From Octopus sinensis (taxonomy: Eukaryota), in NCBI RefSeq assembly GCF_006345805.1, contig NC_042999.1:1240001-1304000 (forward strand): 64,000 nt of DNA, read 5' to 3'. Shown here piece by piece: positions 12,100-26,524 of this stretch. The notes under the pieces are model-generated. The model did not search any database, was not told the DNA's origin, and worked only from the letters and a program-made list of their open reading frames with translations. The position numbers were made by a program, and so were the translations under genes. Position 1 is the stretch's first letter. Each line of letters opens with the position of its first letter.

Positions 12100-13644
12100 A
12101 TATTATTTTGAACTGAGGTGGGGTGCTAGATTCCCTTGTTTGAAAATATAAGGACACAGCGATGATGTCTCCCTGGGCTAAATTACAGCAACATTAATCT
12201 TAAACCAGTAATGCCATGTTATGTTGGCAAACAATCTTTACTCTAAAGTACTGTTACTAAATAGCTCTCGTTGTGAGATTTACAAATAATAATTTTCTAA
12301 AAAACATGTAATTCAAAATGTCTGCAAATATCACATCCAAATGAATAATTTCAATTTCAGTAATTAATTTTTGAGTAATTATGTATTTGTATATTAGTTT
12401 TCCGTCTTCATAAAAACATACAATAAATTCCCATTATTATTTACATCGACACCGTTAGGAAAAATAGAAAGAAATCATGATAAAATAGTTATTAGCAGAC
12501 ATGAAAACAAACAAGGTCAAAAACAAACAAAAATGTGTAATTTTAGGAGAGCAGGATTTGCAATTGGTGCGGGGAACAAATATTTAAATATCAATGACTG
12601 TCTTGAGAAATTACATCTGGAATTTTGTGTAGAAATGTCTTTTGCATGAAAAGAAAAGCCAAATGAAGGTATCAAATATTATTTCATATTGATTTTGTTT
12701 GATGTGCGAGACACTTTTATGAGAGGGACACGAATGCAAATATTGGACGTCAACAGAACCTCCTATCTCTTTGTGAAGTATGTGTGGAATCTCTTTAGAA
12801 ACTGAACAACAGCCAAAACAACAACAACAACATCAACAAAAATGACAATTATAGGATAAACAACAGCGATAATAATGCTCGACAGCAATAAAGAAAAATA
12901 ACGTAAATTAAATAAAAATAAAAAAATTTTCTAATAAAATTTTTCTCCTTTATAAATATATATATATTTTTTATTAACCTTAATTTTATTCCTCCTTATA
13001 ATTTATTTTTAGCTTTCTGTATAAAATAATAGATTAATTATTTGTAAAACCACCATTTCTTGCTTGAAATTCATTGCTGAGTTGCTGAAATGCTTGCACT
13101 AGGACATATGAACAAACAGGCGAAGAAACATCTAGAAAAAATATACATAAATTTATTGGTGGCTGGAACATTACATTGATGCTTAATTATGCAAATTAAT
13201 ACACACTGACACATTTAGATATACACACAGACACACAGACACACATACGCACACATACGCACACCACTAAACTTCCAAAGACAAGACACCAATATCAAAG
13301 CATTGTCCAACATAATTAGGTTTCCTATGAATAAAAACCAAACATTATCAAAGTAATTAATCCTCACAAAATATGAATCCACAAACACTTTAGAAGACTG
13401 AAGGACAACCTGAATAACGAAACTAAGAGATAAGAAATTCACTATCAAGCATCATATATGTGCACCCCCATCGTCAGCTGCCCAAGCAGATATCACTGTG
13501 GTTTTGACACCTAAGCAGTATCATTCAATACAGCAGTGTCCACAGTGTTAAAAACATAAAGACTGCCTGGGAATCTACCATCTCACTACTCCAAGTAACA
13601 ACACCAGTGTAAACAAACAGTGATATGTATTGCTACAAAATATT

Positions 13645-13693
<49 letters not shown>

Positions 13694-13696
13694 GTT

Positions 13697-14732
13697 GAAG
13701 GAGTGGCTGTGTGGTAAGTAGCTTGCTTACTGACCACATGGTCCTGGGTTCAGTCCCACTATACGGCACCTTGGACAAGTGTCTTCTACTATAGCCTCAG
13801 GCCAACGAAAGCTTTGTGAGTAGATTTGGTAGATGGAACTGAAAGAAACACGTGATATATATATGTATGTGTGTGTGAGAGTGTGTATGTGAAAGTGTGT
13901 GTATGAGAGAGTGTGTGTGAGAGAGTGTGTGTGTGTGTAAGAGAGAGTGTGTATGTGAGAGAGAGTGTGTGTGTGAGAGAGGGAGAGTGTGCATGTGAGA
14001 GAGAGAGAGAGTGTGTGTGTGTGTGTGTGTAAGTGCATATTCATAATCAGTTTTATTCAAAACTTATTCCAGGCTAAGGAGTGGCTGTGTGGTAAGTAGT
14101 TTGTTTACCAGCCATATGGTTCTGGGATCAGTTCCACTGTGTGGCTCCTTGGGCAAGTGTATTTTCCTATAGTCTCAGGCCAACTAAAACCTTGTGAGTG
14201 GATTAGGTAGATGGAACCCGAAAGAAGCCTGTCGTATTATGTATGTTTGCCTGTCTGTTTGTTCCCCCACCATCGCTTAACAACTTTGTGTTTATGTCCC
14301 CATAACTTAGCAGTTCGACAAAAGAGAACGATAGAATAAGTACTAGGCTTATAAAGAATAAGTCCTGTCATTGATTAGTTCAACTAAAGGCTTACAAAGA
14401 ATAAGTGCTGGGGTTGATTTGTTCAACTAAAAGGTGGTGCTCCAGCATGGTCGCAGTCAAATGACTGAAACAAGTAAAAGAATATATATATGTGTGTATG
14501 TATATATGTATATGTGTGTTTGTGTGTTTGTTTGTCTACCCCACCATTGCTTGACAACCGGTGCTGGTGTGTTTACATTCCCCATAACTTAGCGGTTCAG
14601 CAAAAGAGACCTATAGAATAAGTATTAAGCTTACAAAGAATAAGCCCTGGGTGTCGATTTATTCAACTAAAAGGCAGTGCTCCAGCATGGCCGCAGTCAA
14701 ATGACTGAAGCAAGTAAAAGAATAAAAGAAAT
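13697..14732 (+). mobile_element. Cluster of SINE family A copies (partial, full, partial) with (GT/GA)n
   Basis: Heads at about 13697 and 14075; tails ending about 14480 and 14732. Confidence 0.75.
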
Positions 14733-15459
14733 ACCTCTGAACATAAAGCTCTTGTAAGATTCTTCTCTCTTCTGACTCAAATGTAATTTAAGAACATCAT
14801 CTAAACAGTAACACTTTAATGTAGACTGCTTGAGAAAGGATGCTATCGAAGGGGTTAACAGCCAAGGCTGTGGAAGCCCTAAATAGTCTATTACACATTA
14901 TCAGGGAATTCTTAAAGTTCAACACATTCATTATTCGGAGATAATATCTCATAGATCATTCTTATTTATGACACTTGCTATATTCTCGTATATGGCTGGC
15001 TTCATTGATCAGCTACAAGGTCAATATTTACTGGGCAGGTGTATAGCATGGTTAATTGGATTATAACAATTTATTACTGGTATTTACATTATTGAAGCCA
15101 ACGAGATATAAATCAAATATGATGTTGACAGTTTTCATACCCAGATAAAAGAGAGATTATGGCTAAATACTGTCATTATGCCCTTCACTGCCTCACTGCT
15201 CCATCCACTCCTCTGCTATTCTGTATTCTTGTATAATTGTGATTTATTTCAAGATAAAGGATGCTACTTTAGATGCCATAGTGACTGAAGCTGTAAGGAT
15301 GCTGAGAAGACATTTTCAAGTCAGTGAGGAGATCTTCTCTAAAGCTGTTGTCACAACAAACACATTTTCTCTGTTCTCTTTGGATTCGAGTGAGAATGAA
15401 GATGGCTTGGAGCTTCAGTACAGCAGGACAGAAAACCTAAATGCAATTCTCCTACACTA

Positions 15460-16104
15460 GGTACAGGCATGACCGAGTGGTAAGTAGTTTGCTTTAAAAC
15501 CACGTGATTCCAGGTTCAGTCCCACTGCATGGCACCTTGGGCAAATATTTTCTTGGGCTGACAAAAGCCTTTTCAGTGGATTTTGTAGACAGAAATTGAA
15601 AGAAGCATGTTGTGTATATATGTATGTGTGTATATATATATATATTATATATATATATATATTATATATATATATATAATATATATATATATATATACTC
15701 CTTACTCTTGTTTTACTCTTTTACTTGTTTTGGTCATTTGATTGCGGCCATGCAGGAGCACCACCTTTAGTCAAGCAAATCGACCCCAGGACTTATTCTT
15801 TGTAAGCCTAGTACTTATTCGATCGGTCTCTTTTGCCAAACCACTAAGTTACGGGGACGTAAACACACCAGCATCCGTTGTCAAGCGATCTTGGTGGGGA
15901 CAAACACAGACACACAAACACACACACATATATATACATATACATATATACGACGAGCTTCTTTCAGTTTCCGTCTACCAAATCCACTCACAAGGCTTTG
16001 GTCGGCCTGAGGCTATAGTAGAAGACACTTGCCCAAGGTGCCATGCAGTGGGACTAAACCCCAAACTATGTGGTTGGTAAGCAAGCTACACAGCCACTCC
16101 TGTG

Positions 16105-16106
<2 letters not shown>
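15460..16106. mobile_element. SINE family A: partial plus-strand copy (15460-15620) and full minus-strand copy (15700-16106)
   Basis: Consensus match. Confidence 0.75.
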
Positions 16107-16142
<36 letters not shown>

Positions 16143-16444
16143 AGTACTAGATAGGAAATATATGTAGTAGGTAATCATAGCCCCCTACCCACAGTTAATA
16201 TTTATATACAGGTAGAATAGTTAGTGGGCTGTGATGTAGATGTGTATGTGTATGTACATGTATGTAGGCAAATGGATAGGAAAGTAAACAGAGACATACA
16301 GACAGATAGGTAAGGTAATATGAACAGACACGCACACATACACATACACAAATGAACATTAAAACACATGACCATATATACACACATGCCTCACTTCACA
16401 CAAGGACACATGGAGACACACGTCCACACATGACACAGAATGGG

Positions 16445-16615
16445 ACAAGGTTGGCCCGTTTGAATTACTGGTACAACTCATTATTGCCAGCTGAGTAAAC
16501 TGGAAGAATATGAAATAAAGTGCCTTGCTCAAGGGGAATAATGTGTCTTGCACGACTGGGGATCGAACTCATGAGCTTACTCTCATGAGTCAAAAACCCT
16601 TACCACTAAGCCACA
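16445..16615 (-). mobile_element. tRNA-SINE head (family D-like)
   Basis: Reverse complement of gtggcttagtggtaagg..gagttcgatcccag..cttgagcaaggcactttatttca. Confidence 0.55.
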
Positions 16616-16619
16616 GACA

Positions 16620-16980
16620 TTCACAATAAGAGAAGGCTGAGGTATTGTTTCAGTTGTGTTTGTTTGTTTGTCCATGGATAAGATATCTCAAGAACTGCTG
16701 GATGGATTTGGATGAAACTTTCAGGGATGTTTGGCCTTGTGTCTGGCACAAACTGATTAAATTTTGGGATCAATTTGATACAGGACAAAGATTCTGGATT
16801 ATTTTCCTGCTTTTTTACTGAATTTTTAAGAGTGGTAAGGTTCATTTTTAGTATTCTCATTTGTGAGAACAGTCAAGTTTATTTCAGATATTCTCATTTT
16901 AAAAACCATCCCTGGCTAATCGTTGAGGGGACGTTGGGGTTGCCTTGGCGGAGTTTTGCACTTTCTGAGTGCTCTTGTTA
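16620..16980 (+). mobile_element. Helentron-associated (HINE/DINE-1-like) non-autonomous element
   Basis: (GTTT)n near the 5' end, ggatggatttggatgaaactt, 3' ccttggcggag plus hairpin gcact..agtgc. Confidence 0.55.
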
Positions 16981-17219
16981 CAATCGTACTTGAACTTGTG
17001 AAAGAAGTGTAGAAGAAATAGTTTCTATGGAAAGTGAAAAGATCAGCAAGAAAAGAATTGTTAACAACGAGAAAGGTTTTTCAATTAACCACAGATTAGT
17101 TGCTACAGCACTGAATCCAAGCGCCTTCCGTCTTCCATACTGCTAATGTCGGTTAATACTGTTCTTATACTCCAGTGACTTCGGTAAGAAACTAATCTAT
17201 GTAAAAATACAATGTAAAT

Positions 17220-18000
17220 CAAGGAAGAAAGAAGGAGAGGAAGAAGTGAATGCATAATACTAATAATAATAATAATAAGAAAAGAAGAAGAAGAAGAAGA
17301 AGAAGAAGAAGAAGAAGGAGAAGAAGAAGAAGAAGAAGAAGGAGAAGAAGAAGAGAAGAAGAAGGAGGAGAAAGAGGAGGAGGAGGAGGGGAGAAGGAGA
17401 AGGAGAAGGAGAAGAGGAACAGGGGAGGGGAGGTGGGGCTGAAGGGGGCTGGAGGGGGAGGTGGTGGTGGAGAGGAGGAGGGGAAGAAGAAGAGAAGAAG
17501 AAGAAGAAGGAGAAGGAGAAGGGGAAGGAGAAGAAGAAGGAAAAGGAGAAAGAGGAGAAGGAGGGGAGAAGGAGAAGGAGAAGAGGAACAGAAGAGGGGG
17601 AGGGCTGGAAGTGGAGGAGGGGAGGAGGAGGATGGGGGAGGTGGAGTTTTGGTGGTGGTGGTGGTGGTGGAGGAGGAGGAGGAGGAGGAGGAGGAGAAGA
17701 AGAAGAAGAAGAAGAAGAAGAAGAAGAAGAAGACAAAAGACAGCGGAAAAGAAATAATAACTGATTGCTGTAATTTTGAAAATGTAGCGAAACTGAAAAG
17801 CAGAGGATTTATTCAAACAAGGTTGGTGTTGTGGTTGTTTGAGGAGATGGAGAAAATGTCTGTGTTATCGTGTTAGGAGGAAGAAATTATAAAAGACGAT
17901 GAGGATAAGAATAAGAAAGGGCTGCAGAGGAAGAAAAGAAAGAAGAGAGAGAGAGAGAAAGAAAGAAGGAAAGAAGAAAAGAAATAAATTAAAAGAATTT
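17220..18000. repeat. Polypurine (GAA/GGA/GGT) low-complexity tract
   Basis: Direct reading. Confidence 0.9.
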
Positions 18001-18439
18001 AAAGCATCTACTTTCTTTTAGTTATTATTATTATTTTTTTTTTTTTTGCTTGTCTTCTTTAAATTAACGCCAAAAGATAATGACAAGATAACGTTGATGT
18101 CATCACTTTTCAGATGCAAACAGAAAGGAAAAGGAAAAGGAAAAGGAAAAGAAATAAAACAGGATAGCGTTAAGATGTAATTATTGAAGGATTTCACAGA
18201 TTTTTGCACACAGAGAGCAACACGAGAAACAGCAACAACAACAATAACAACAGCAACAACAACAAGACTAAAAACAGTAACAACATGAAATTGTAATGAT
18301 ACCAAAATATAAAGAATTGACAAAAATGTATTAATTCTTACTATTCTCGAATTTGAAAATGCAGCATTTTATTCTTTGTATTATGGAGAAGCATATGTAT
18401 TTCGGTCTACTTCTTCTTTACAATATAATATCATCATTC

Positions 18440-18510
18440 GGGGATATGGCACAGTGGTTAAGAGCACGCGCTACTAACCTGAAGATTCCGAGTTTGATTC
18501 CAAGAAGTGA

Positions 18511-18570
<60 letters not shown>

Positions 18571-18590
18571 AAATAATAATAATAATAAAA
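18440..18590 (+). mobile_element. Head of tRNA-SINE H-A followed by (AAT)n
   Basis: gggatatggcacagtggttaagagc..gtttgattccaagaagtgacctg matches the minus-strand head at 8820-8895. Confidence 0.75.
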
Positions 18591-18820
18591 ATATTCAGAC
18601 AAATACATAACAAAAACACCAGGACTTACAAATATTTATAACATACAGAAAATTGCACTACTAGGCACTGCACACATCCTACGCAGAACACTTTCCATAC
18701 AATAACCATCAGGGGATCACAACAAATCACAGCACATACCCAAGGCACACAGATCTGTGAAAGCACGATATCGTGTGAAAGCACGATATCATGTGAAAGC
18801 ACGATATAAAAAAAATACTA

Positions 18821-18825
<5 letters not shown>
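18590..18825 (+). mobile_element. 3' end of R4/Dong-like element
   Basis: Matches the reverse complement of 5015-5230 (KYSDKYITKTPGL..IALLGTAHILRRTL). Confidence 0.85.
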
Positions 18826-18869
<44 letters not shown>

Positions 18870-18891
18870 TAATAATAATAATAATAATAAT

Positions 18892-19413
18892 AGGCAGTGG
18901 CTCTCATGGCTTCTGATCTTAACTGATTGGAAATGTTATCATGTACATTGTTTTGTCTTGGTATAAAAGACGGGCTACAGCAAATATTCTGCTCAATACC
19001 ACAGATTTGCTTGTCAGTTGTTTGACCTTAACCAGTTGAGCAGGTCCGTTAGTGGCTGACGATATGTGCATCTCTGATCACGAGCAGAAGTAGTGGGGAA
19101 GCATCATAGCCATGTGTTGAGAGGGATTCTTTGGGGTTTGAATGATTCACCTCTGGAAACATGGGTGGTTCTTTCAACATCCTTAAACAACCCTTATTCA
19201 AGGACCTTTTGAGCGGGATGGGCTACTCAACTTGAAGAAAATTCTAACTGGGCCCCACCTGCAAGGTCATGCGCTGTTTATCTTGATATGACATCACCAT
19301 GTCGCGCACATATGGTTGTGATGCATGTGCCTGGTGTACCCTTATCAGACAGGTAGTCATGATGGGTATATTTTACCCCAGTGTCACTTTGATGGCATGA
19401 ACTGCTCTCTCAC
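18892..19413. mobile_element. Unclassified ~520 bp interspersed element embedded in (AAT)n
   Basis: GC-richer block bounded on both sides by (AAT)n; no ORF recognised. Confidence 0.45.
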
Positions 19414-19464
<51 letters not shown>

Positions 19465-19498
19465 GTAGTAGTAATAATAATAATAATAATATTAATAC

Positions 19499-19547
<49 letters not shown>

Positions 19548-20189
19548 TAATAATAATGATAATAATAATAGTAATAATAATCATAAATTGTGTTAACTGG
19601 AACGACTCATGTACTGAGAAGAGCATTATCACTGTGAAATCAACATCCATTCATGGATGTTCGGATGGTGCTTTTTATGTACTATCGGCACAGGAGCTGG
19701 TCAGGGTGGGGTGTTGGGTGACAGCTGGGGTCAGCCAATTTAAGGGTGGGGGAGGAGGCTAGCATAGATCATAATTGGATGGTGCTTTTTATGCATTAAC
19801 GGCACAGGACCCAGTTGGGGCGAGGGATGGGGGACTGGCATCGAACACATTCAGATGGTGCTATTTACATGCCACAAGCACATGGAGTTAGTCAGGTGGC
19901 ACTGGCAATAACCCACACAAGAATCGTGCTTATTGTGTACCACCAGCACAAGAGCCAGTACTAAACTGGTACTTATTTTATCGACCCCCAAAAAGGATGA
20001 AAAGCTATGTCCAGCCCAGTTGAATTTGAACTCTGAGTGTAGAAACGGTTGAAATGCCACTAAGATTTTTGCCCAGCATGCTAACAATTCTGCCAGCTCA
20101 CTGCCTTATAATACATAATAATACAATATTTAAAACAGCTTAACCTGGCCCCATGGGACTTAAATATCCATAGGCCATCAGGCTCAGTT

Positions 20190-20620
20190 ACATCATCATC
20201 ATCATCATCGTTTCATGTCCACTTTCCATGCTAGCATGGGTTGGACGATTTGATTGAGGAGTGGCAAACCAGATGGCTGCACCAGGCTCCAATCATGATC
20301 TGGCAGAGTTTCTACAGCTAGATGGCTTTCCTAACGCCAACCACTCTGAGAGTGTAATGGGTGCTTTTATGTGCCACCGGCACAAGGGCTAGTCAGGCGG
20401 TACTGGCAACAGCCACGCTCAAATAGTACTTTTTATGTGCCACCTGCACAGGAGCCAGTCCAGCGGCAACCTCGCTCAAATGTTTTTTCACGTGCCACCA
20501 GTGCAAGTGCCAGTAAGGCAACACAGGTAACAATCACACATGAATGGTGCTTTTTACGTGCCACAGCACAGAAGCCAGGTTGTTGCTCTGGCAACGATCA
20601 CGCTCGGATGGTGCTCTTAC
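20190..20620 (-). mobile_element. RTE LINE 3' UTR (family C)
   Basis: Begins with the (CAT)n tail; consensus match. Confidence 0.75.
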
Positions 20621-20690
20621 ATTCAGCTAATTAAGCTATAAGAAACGTACAAAACTTTAAGCCGCATGGGGCCAAATCAATCTGTTCCAA

Positions 20691-20910
20691 CCCTTTAGCA
20701 TTTTAACCAGCCATATTTGGCCAAAATATTCTACTTGTTTTATGCTAAAACTGGCTGGATCTGACCTTTCACATCTACCCTACAATGTCATTCTAAAAGT
20801 AAACAATCACATCGTTAAAATCTCAAAGCTTTGAGATAATTCATGATTAATTCAAGACAATATGAATAGATAAACTCTACATTTAATAGAGAAACCTGAA
20901 TGCTAAAGGG
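20691..20910. mobile_element. piggyBac-like MITE
   Basis: TIRs ccctttagcatt / aatgctaaaggg, with TTAA on the right and ccaa on the left. Confidence 0.65.
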
Positions 20911-20919
20911 TTAAGTAAC

Positions 20920-21130
20920 CGTTTCTACTATAGGCACAAGGCCTGAAACTGTGGGGAGGGGACTAGTCAATTACATCGACCCTAGTACACAACTGGTTAT
21001 TTGTTTATCGACTCCGAAAGGATGAAAGGCAAAGTCGACTTCGGCAGAATATGAACCCAAAACGTAGCTACAGACAAAATATCACTAAGCACTTCACCTG
21101 GCATGCTAACGATTCTGCCAGCTTTCCACC
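20920..21130 (-). mobile_element. SINE family B
   Basis: gaaaggatgaaaggcaaagtcgac motif. Confidence 0.7.
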
Positions 21131-21760
21131 TTTACATAACAATTCTGCCCGTTCACCACCTTTACATAACAATTCTGCCCGTTCACCACCTTTACATAAC
21201 GATTCTGCCCGTTCACCACCTTTACATAACGATTCTGTCAGCTTCCCAACTTACATAACGATTCTGCCCGTTCACCACCTTTACATAACGATTCTGCCCG
21301 TTCACCACCTTTACATAACGATTCTGCCCGTTCACCACTTTTACATAACGATTCTGACCGTTCACCACCTTTACATAACGATTCTGTCAGCTTCCCAACT
21401 TTACATAACGATTCTGCCCGTTCACCACCTTTACATAACGATTCTGCCCGTTCACCACCTTTACATAACGATTCTGCCCGTTCACCACCTTTACATAACG
21501 ATTCTGCCCGTTCACCACCTTTACATAACGATTCTGTCAGCTTCCCACCTTTACATAACGATTCTGCCCGTTCACCACCTTTACATAACGATTCTGCCCG
21601 TTCACCACCTTTACATAACGATTCTGCCCGTTCACCACCTTTACACAACGATTCTGTCAGCTTCCCACCTTTACATAACGACTCAGCTTGCGACCTTTAC
21701 ATAACGATTCTACCTGTTCACCACCTTTACATAATGATCCTGCCAGCTTGCCACCTTTAC
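21106..21760. repeat. 30-bp minisatellite, about 22 copies
   Basis: Unit ttacataacgattctgcccgttcaccacct. Confidence 0.95.
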
Positions 21761-22582
21761 AAAATATACATAACTCCTACTAAATGTGTTGAGTGCTTCT
21801 TTCTCTTGTTTGTCCATTCACCCATAATATATAAAGATATATATACAAGTGTATAATTCTTTGTAATATAATATGATATAATATAAGGTAATAAACACTA
21901 TATAATATAATATAAATGTCTGTGTGTGTGTGTGTTTATAATAATGTATATAATTGTACAGTAGAGAAACATGTCTGTTTCTTTAAAGTATTAATGTCTG
22001 GTTGACACGTTGATGTAGTTTCCACTTAACTCTTTCAGTCTGTGATCATAACATTGTTAGCTAATAAAATTATTAATATCTAACGTTGGTATAAAGTCTC
22101 TCGTTTTGGTGAAGGGTATAGTCATTTAAATAATCCCGATTTTGTTGCATCACAGGAGGGTCATTATTTTAGTAATAAACACATGCACTGTCTCTATTTC
22201 ACTTCTTTATTGTTATTATTCAATTGATTAACCATTTAGCCAGTCAACTAACAAATTTAGTTAATTGGTTAGATAGTTAGCAATCTGACAAATAAAAAGG
22301 AAAAGAAGTGAAATAGAACCAGTGTGTGTGTGTGTTTGTGTGTTTATTGATATAATGACCCACCAAGATATAACAAACTATGTTTCAATATATGAGTTTA
22401 CATTGAGAATCTTGCAAATCAGATGCAAAAATGAAACAAACCCCCAGTACCTGACTGATAAAGTGACCATGGGTGAATGAAAGGTAAGTCTACCATGGAA
22501 GAATCTGAACTAACAAAATACAAGTATTCGAATTGCGCATGATATTATGTCTATCATTCTAGAAATTTAACCAACCACTTGC

Positions 22583-22987
22583 TCTTTTACTCATTTACTT
22601 GTTTCAGTCATTTGAGTGCGCCCATGATGGAGCACCGCTTTTAGTCGAGCAAATCGACCCTAAGACTTACTCTCTGTAAGCCTAGTACTTATTCTATTAG
22701 TCGCTTTTGCTGAGCCGCTAAGTTACGGGGGACGTAAACACACCAGCATCGGTTGTCAAGCGATGTTAGGGGACAAACACAGACACACAAACATATACAC
22801 ACACATACATATATATATATATATTTATATATACATATATGCAACGGGCTTCTTTCAGTTTCCGTCTACCAATTCCGCTCATGAGGCTATAATAGAAGAC
22901 ACTTGCCCAAGATGCCACGCAGTGGGACTGAACCTGAAACCATGTGGTTGGTAAGCAAGCTACTTACCACACACCCACTCCTGTGCC
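22583..22987 (-). mobile_element. SINE family A
   Basis: Consensus match. Confidence 0.8.
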
Positions 22988-23185
22988 TCTGACAAATAAA
23001 AAGGTAAAGAAGTGAAATAGAATCAGTGTGTGTGTTCATTGATATAATGACCCACCCAAGATACAACAAACTCTGCCAGATCAGATTGGAACCTAGTGCC
23101 GCCATCTGGTTCGCCAGTCCTCAGTCAAATCATCCAACCCTTGCTAGCATTGAAAGCGGACGTTAAACGATGATGATGATGATGT

Positions 23186-23860
<675 letters not shown>

Positions 23861-24539
23861 AGGGATTAAGTAATAAGAGATAACTATAAAGATTAGGTAG
23901 GGCTGAAGAGCAGATGTGGTGAATAGAAGAGAACCAATGATAGATGAGTTTGGGAAGGTTGAGGTAGAGTAGGATAGAACTGCCAAAGCAAACAGATAAA
24001 ATATCTTCAACAACTTGACATGAATTATCATCACAATTTGATAACTACAAGAGCACAGTAGCAAAAACCACATGTGTGATGTTTCTTTATTAGTGTAGCA
24101 TTGCTTTTGTAAATAAATAATTGCCTTCTTCCAAACAATTATAAAATGGTTACAATGTAGCAATTAAGAGCCTGATTTTGATTAGATCAAGTCTGAAAAG
24201 AATTTAGTGTGTCCATATGAGTGCTTCGAAATTGGCAAGAATATTGTCCAAACCTGTTCGTTCTCTTTTATTCCTCCGACATCTTTCACGTTTGGTTATG
24301 TTAAGGATTAAATAGAATTTTTCTTTTTTTTAACCTGTTGTTGAATCAATTGATAATGGAATATTGTTTGGAATATGGAAGATGATAAACATTTCCCAAG
24401 AATAAAGAATATTCCGAAGTAGAGGCCAAACTCACAGCTGCTCTGCAACCTGAGGTAAATTTCAATGCAAAACCATTGGAGAGTGTATAGATTTTCATAT
24501 ATGATATTTAAAAAATAAACATTACATACGTGCAACTGT

Positions 24540-24674
24540 GCATATATACATATCTATAAAAACATACATATATATATATATATGTTTAGATATAGATATA
24601 TATGTATTTATATTGATATATATATATATATACATACATCTTATATATATTTATACATATACATTTATACATAC

Positions 24675-24731
<57 letters not shown>

Positions 24732-25148
24732 CCATAAAGTAGATACTAGATGTGTTTTATTGAATAAGTTTTTATGTAGCCTAAAAGAGACAAAAAATAT
24801 TTTTGAATTATTTTCATTTCATGTTAAAAACATGAATTATGAAGCAGAAGATTCCAGCCCTTAGTAAATATCGTATTAATGATAGTGTTTCCATGTATGA
24901 GACACTTGAATATATTTTTGAGTATATCATTGCTATCTAATATTGCAAAAACGAAACAGGCATAAGTAAATATCTACTTTAGTGTAAATATACATCTATC
25001 CATGGATGCATCCACAAATATATATATGTATACATACAGATGCACACACATACATACATACACACACAGATACACACACACCAACGCACATGTACATATA
25101 TACACAAACATATTTATATATGTATGTATACACACACAAACATATATA

Positions 25149-25196
<48 letters not shown>

Positions 25197-25398
25197 ATCT
25201 ATCGATATATATGTGTGCATGTATATATTTATATATGTATATATAGATATATGTGTATATATATCTACAGTCTTCCTGATCTTCGTTCGCGAAGCTGAGC
25301 CATATACAGATATAGATACATAATACATATATACATACATATATACATATATATATATGTATAGATATATTATATACACATACATATATAAATATATA

Positions 25399-25439
<41 letters not shown>

Positions 25440-25650
25440 AAACATACATATATCATACCTACATATATACATACATATATATACATATATATGTATATAT
25501 TATATACATGTATATATATATAATATACATATACATATATATATATATACATACACACTGCAAAAAGAACTTAACTTTTCATTTTACGATTATGATTAGT
25601 TTTATGTCTGTATGATTATGTGCATCCCTATACATGCATGTATATATATA

Positions 25651-25704
<54 letters not shown>

Positions 25705-25725
25705 GAGAGGAGAGAGAGAGAGATT
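24540..25725. repeat. (TA)n/(CA)n/(GA)n compound microsatellite region
   Basis: Direct reading, with short unique spacers. Confidence 0.85.
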
Positions 25726-26524
25726 CATATGTGCCGGCCCATACACAGACAGACACATCTACACATACACATGCACAATAATTTCATGGTAATAACTCAA
25801 GAACTCGGTTTTAGTAGCAGCAGAAAATATAAAACGAAATAAGATTCATTGATAAAGCAATTATTTCCGCATATACCACTGTTACGACCAATATCTTCAG
25901 CTGTCTTGACTACAAGACATATTACAGACTCTGCTGTATCTTTAATAGTTTCTTAGAAACTTTAGCAAAACTCTTTCTTATCGAATTAATATGCGGCTGA
26001 TTTGCGTATTAAGATGAGCAAATATTGGATAAATCTAAACTTATTTATTAGCTCTATGAACTATCTTTTGAGTAATCCTATAATATTTACTTCTATTTGC
26101 TCTACGGTGTTTCATTCGTTGGGTGCTCCTCTTTAAATAAACTTGATTATGGGATGAAATTGAAGACAATTTTAATAACTTTAACATAATGAAACAACGT
26201 AATGGAAATCTATAAGTTTTGTGTAAGTAACAAGATTTAAAAGTGAAGTACGAGAATTCATAAAGATTAGTATTTTCATATTTGCTGCTAATCTCATTCT
26301 TCTAATATCTCAAACAGGCTTTGTAACATTGCTGCTTGCGAATGAAAGCCACAGCTTCTTAATCTTTTATTGTTTATCATTTACTTGCTTTAGTCATTAG
26401 TCTACATTGTTACAGACTCTGCCTGTGACTGTTGTTTTTTTGTGTTTATGGGGTCAGTTTTACTTACCAAATCTATATATGTACAAATCTATATATTTAT
26501 CTATATACATGTATATATACATAT

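Larger units (their letters stand above)
11313..12300 (+). mobile_element. Tandem array of about three 331-355 bp units, one hammerhead each (non-LTR retrozyme-like)
   Basis: Units 2 and 3 are nearly identical; unit 1 is diverged and has an insertion. The HHR sits at the same position in each unit. Confidence 0.8.

Noticed and set aside
13460-13512. Minus-strand AAAAC..CUGC-UUGG-GCAG CUGACGA as a type II hammerhead
   Set aside because: GAAA is mutated, the NUH register does not fit, and there is no stem II.
15254-15460. Possible coding exon IKDATLDAIVTEAVRMLRRHF...
   Set aside because: Acceptor-like site only; no recognisable domain, clear donor or partner exons. Cannot be excluded without RNA-seq.
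17103-17876. Long ORFs rich in R/E/G or S/P/L
   Set aside because: Translations of a polypurine simple-repeat tract, open in several frames on both strands.
18892-19413. HDV-like ribozyme expected at an R4/RTE 5' end
   Set aside because: I could not build the P1/P1.1/P2/P3/P4 topology by eye on either strand.
21051-21760. CRISPR-like regular repeats and 10-aa repeat ORFs
   Set aside because: Contiguous tandem units without unique spacers, eukaryotic context, and no cas genes.
25268-25300. Small GC hairpin cttcg-ttcg-cgaag within (TA)n
   Set aside because: Only 5 bp, single occurrence, and no Helitron CTRR end or terminator context.
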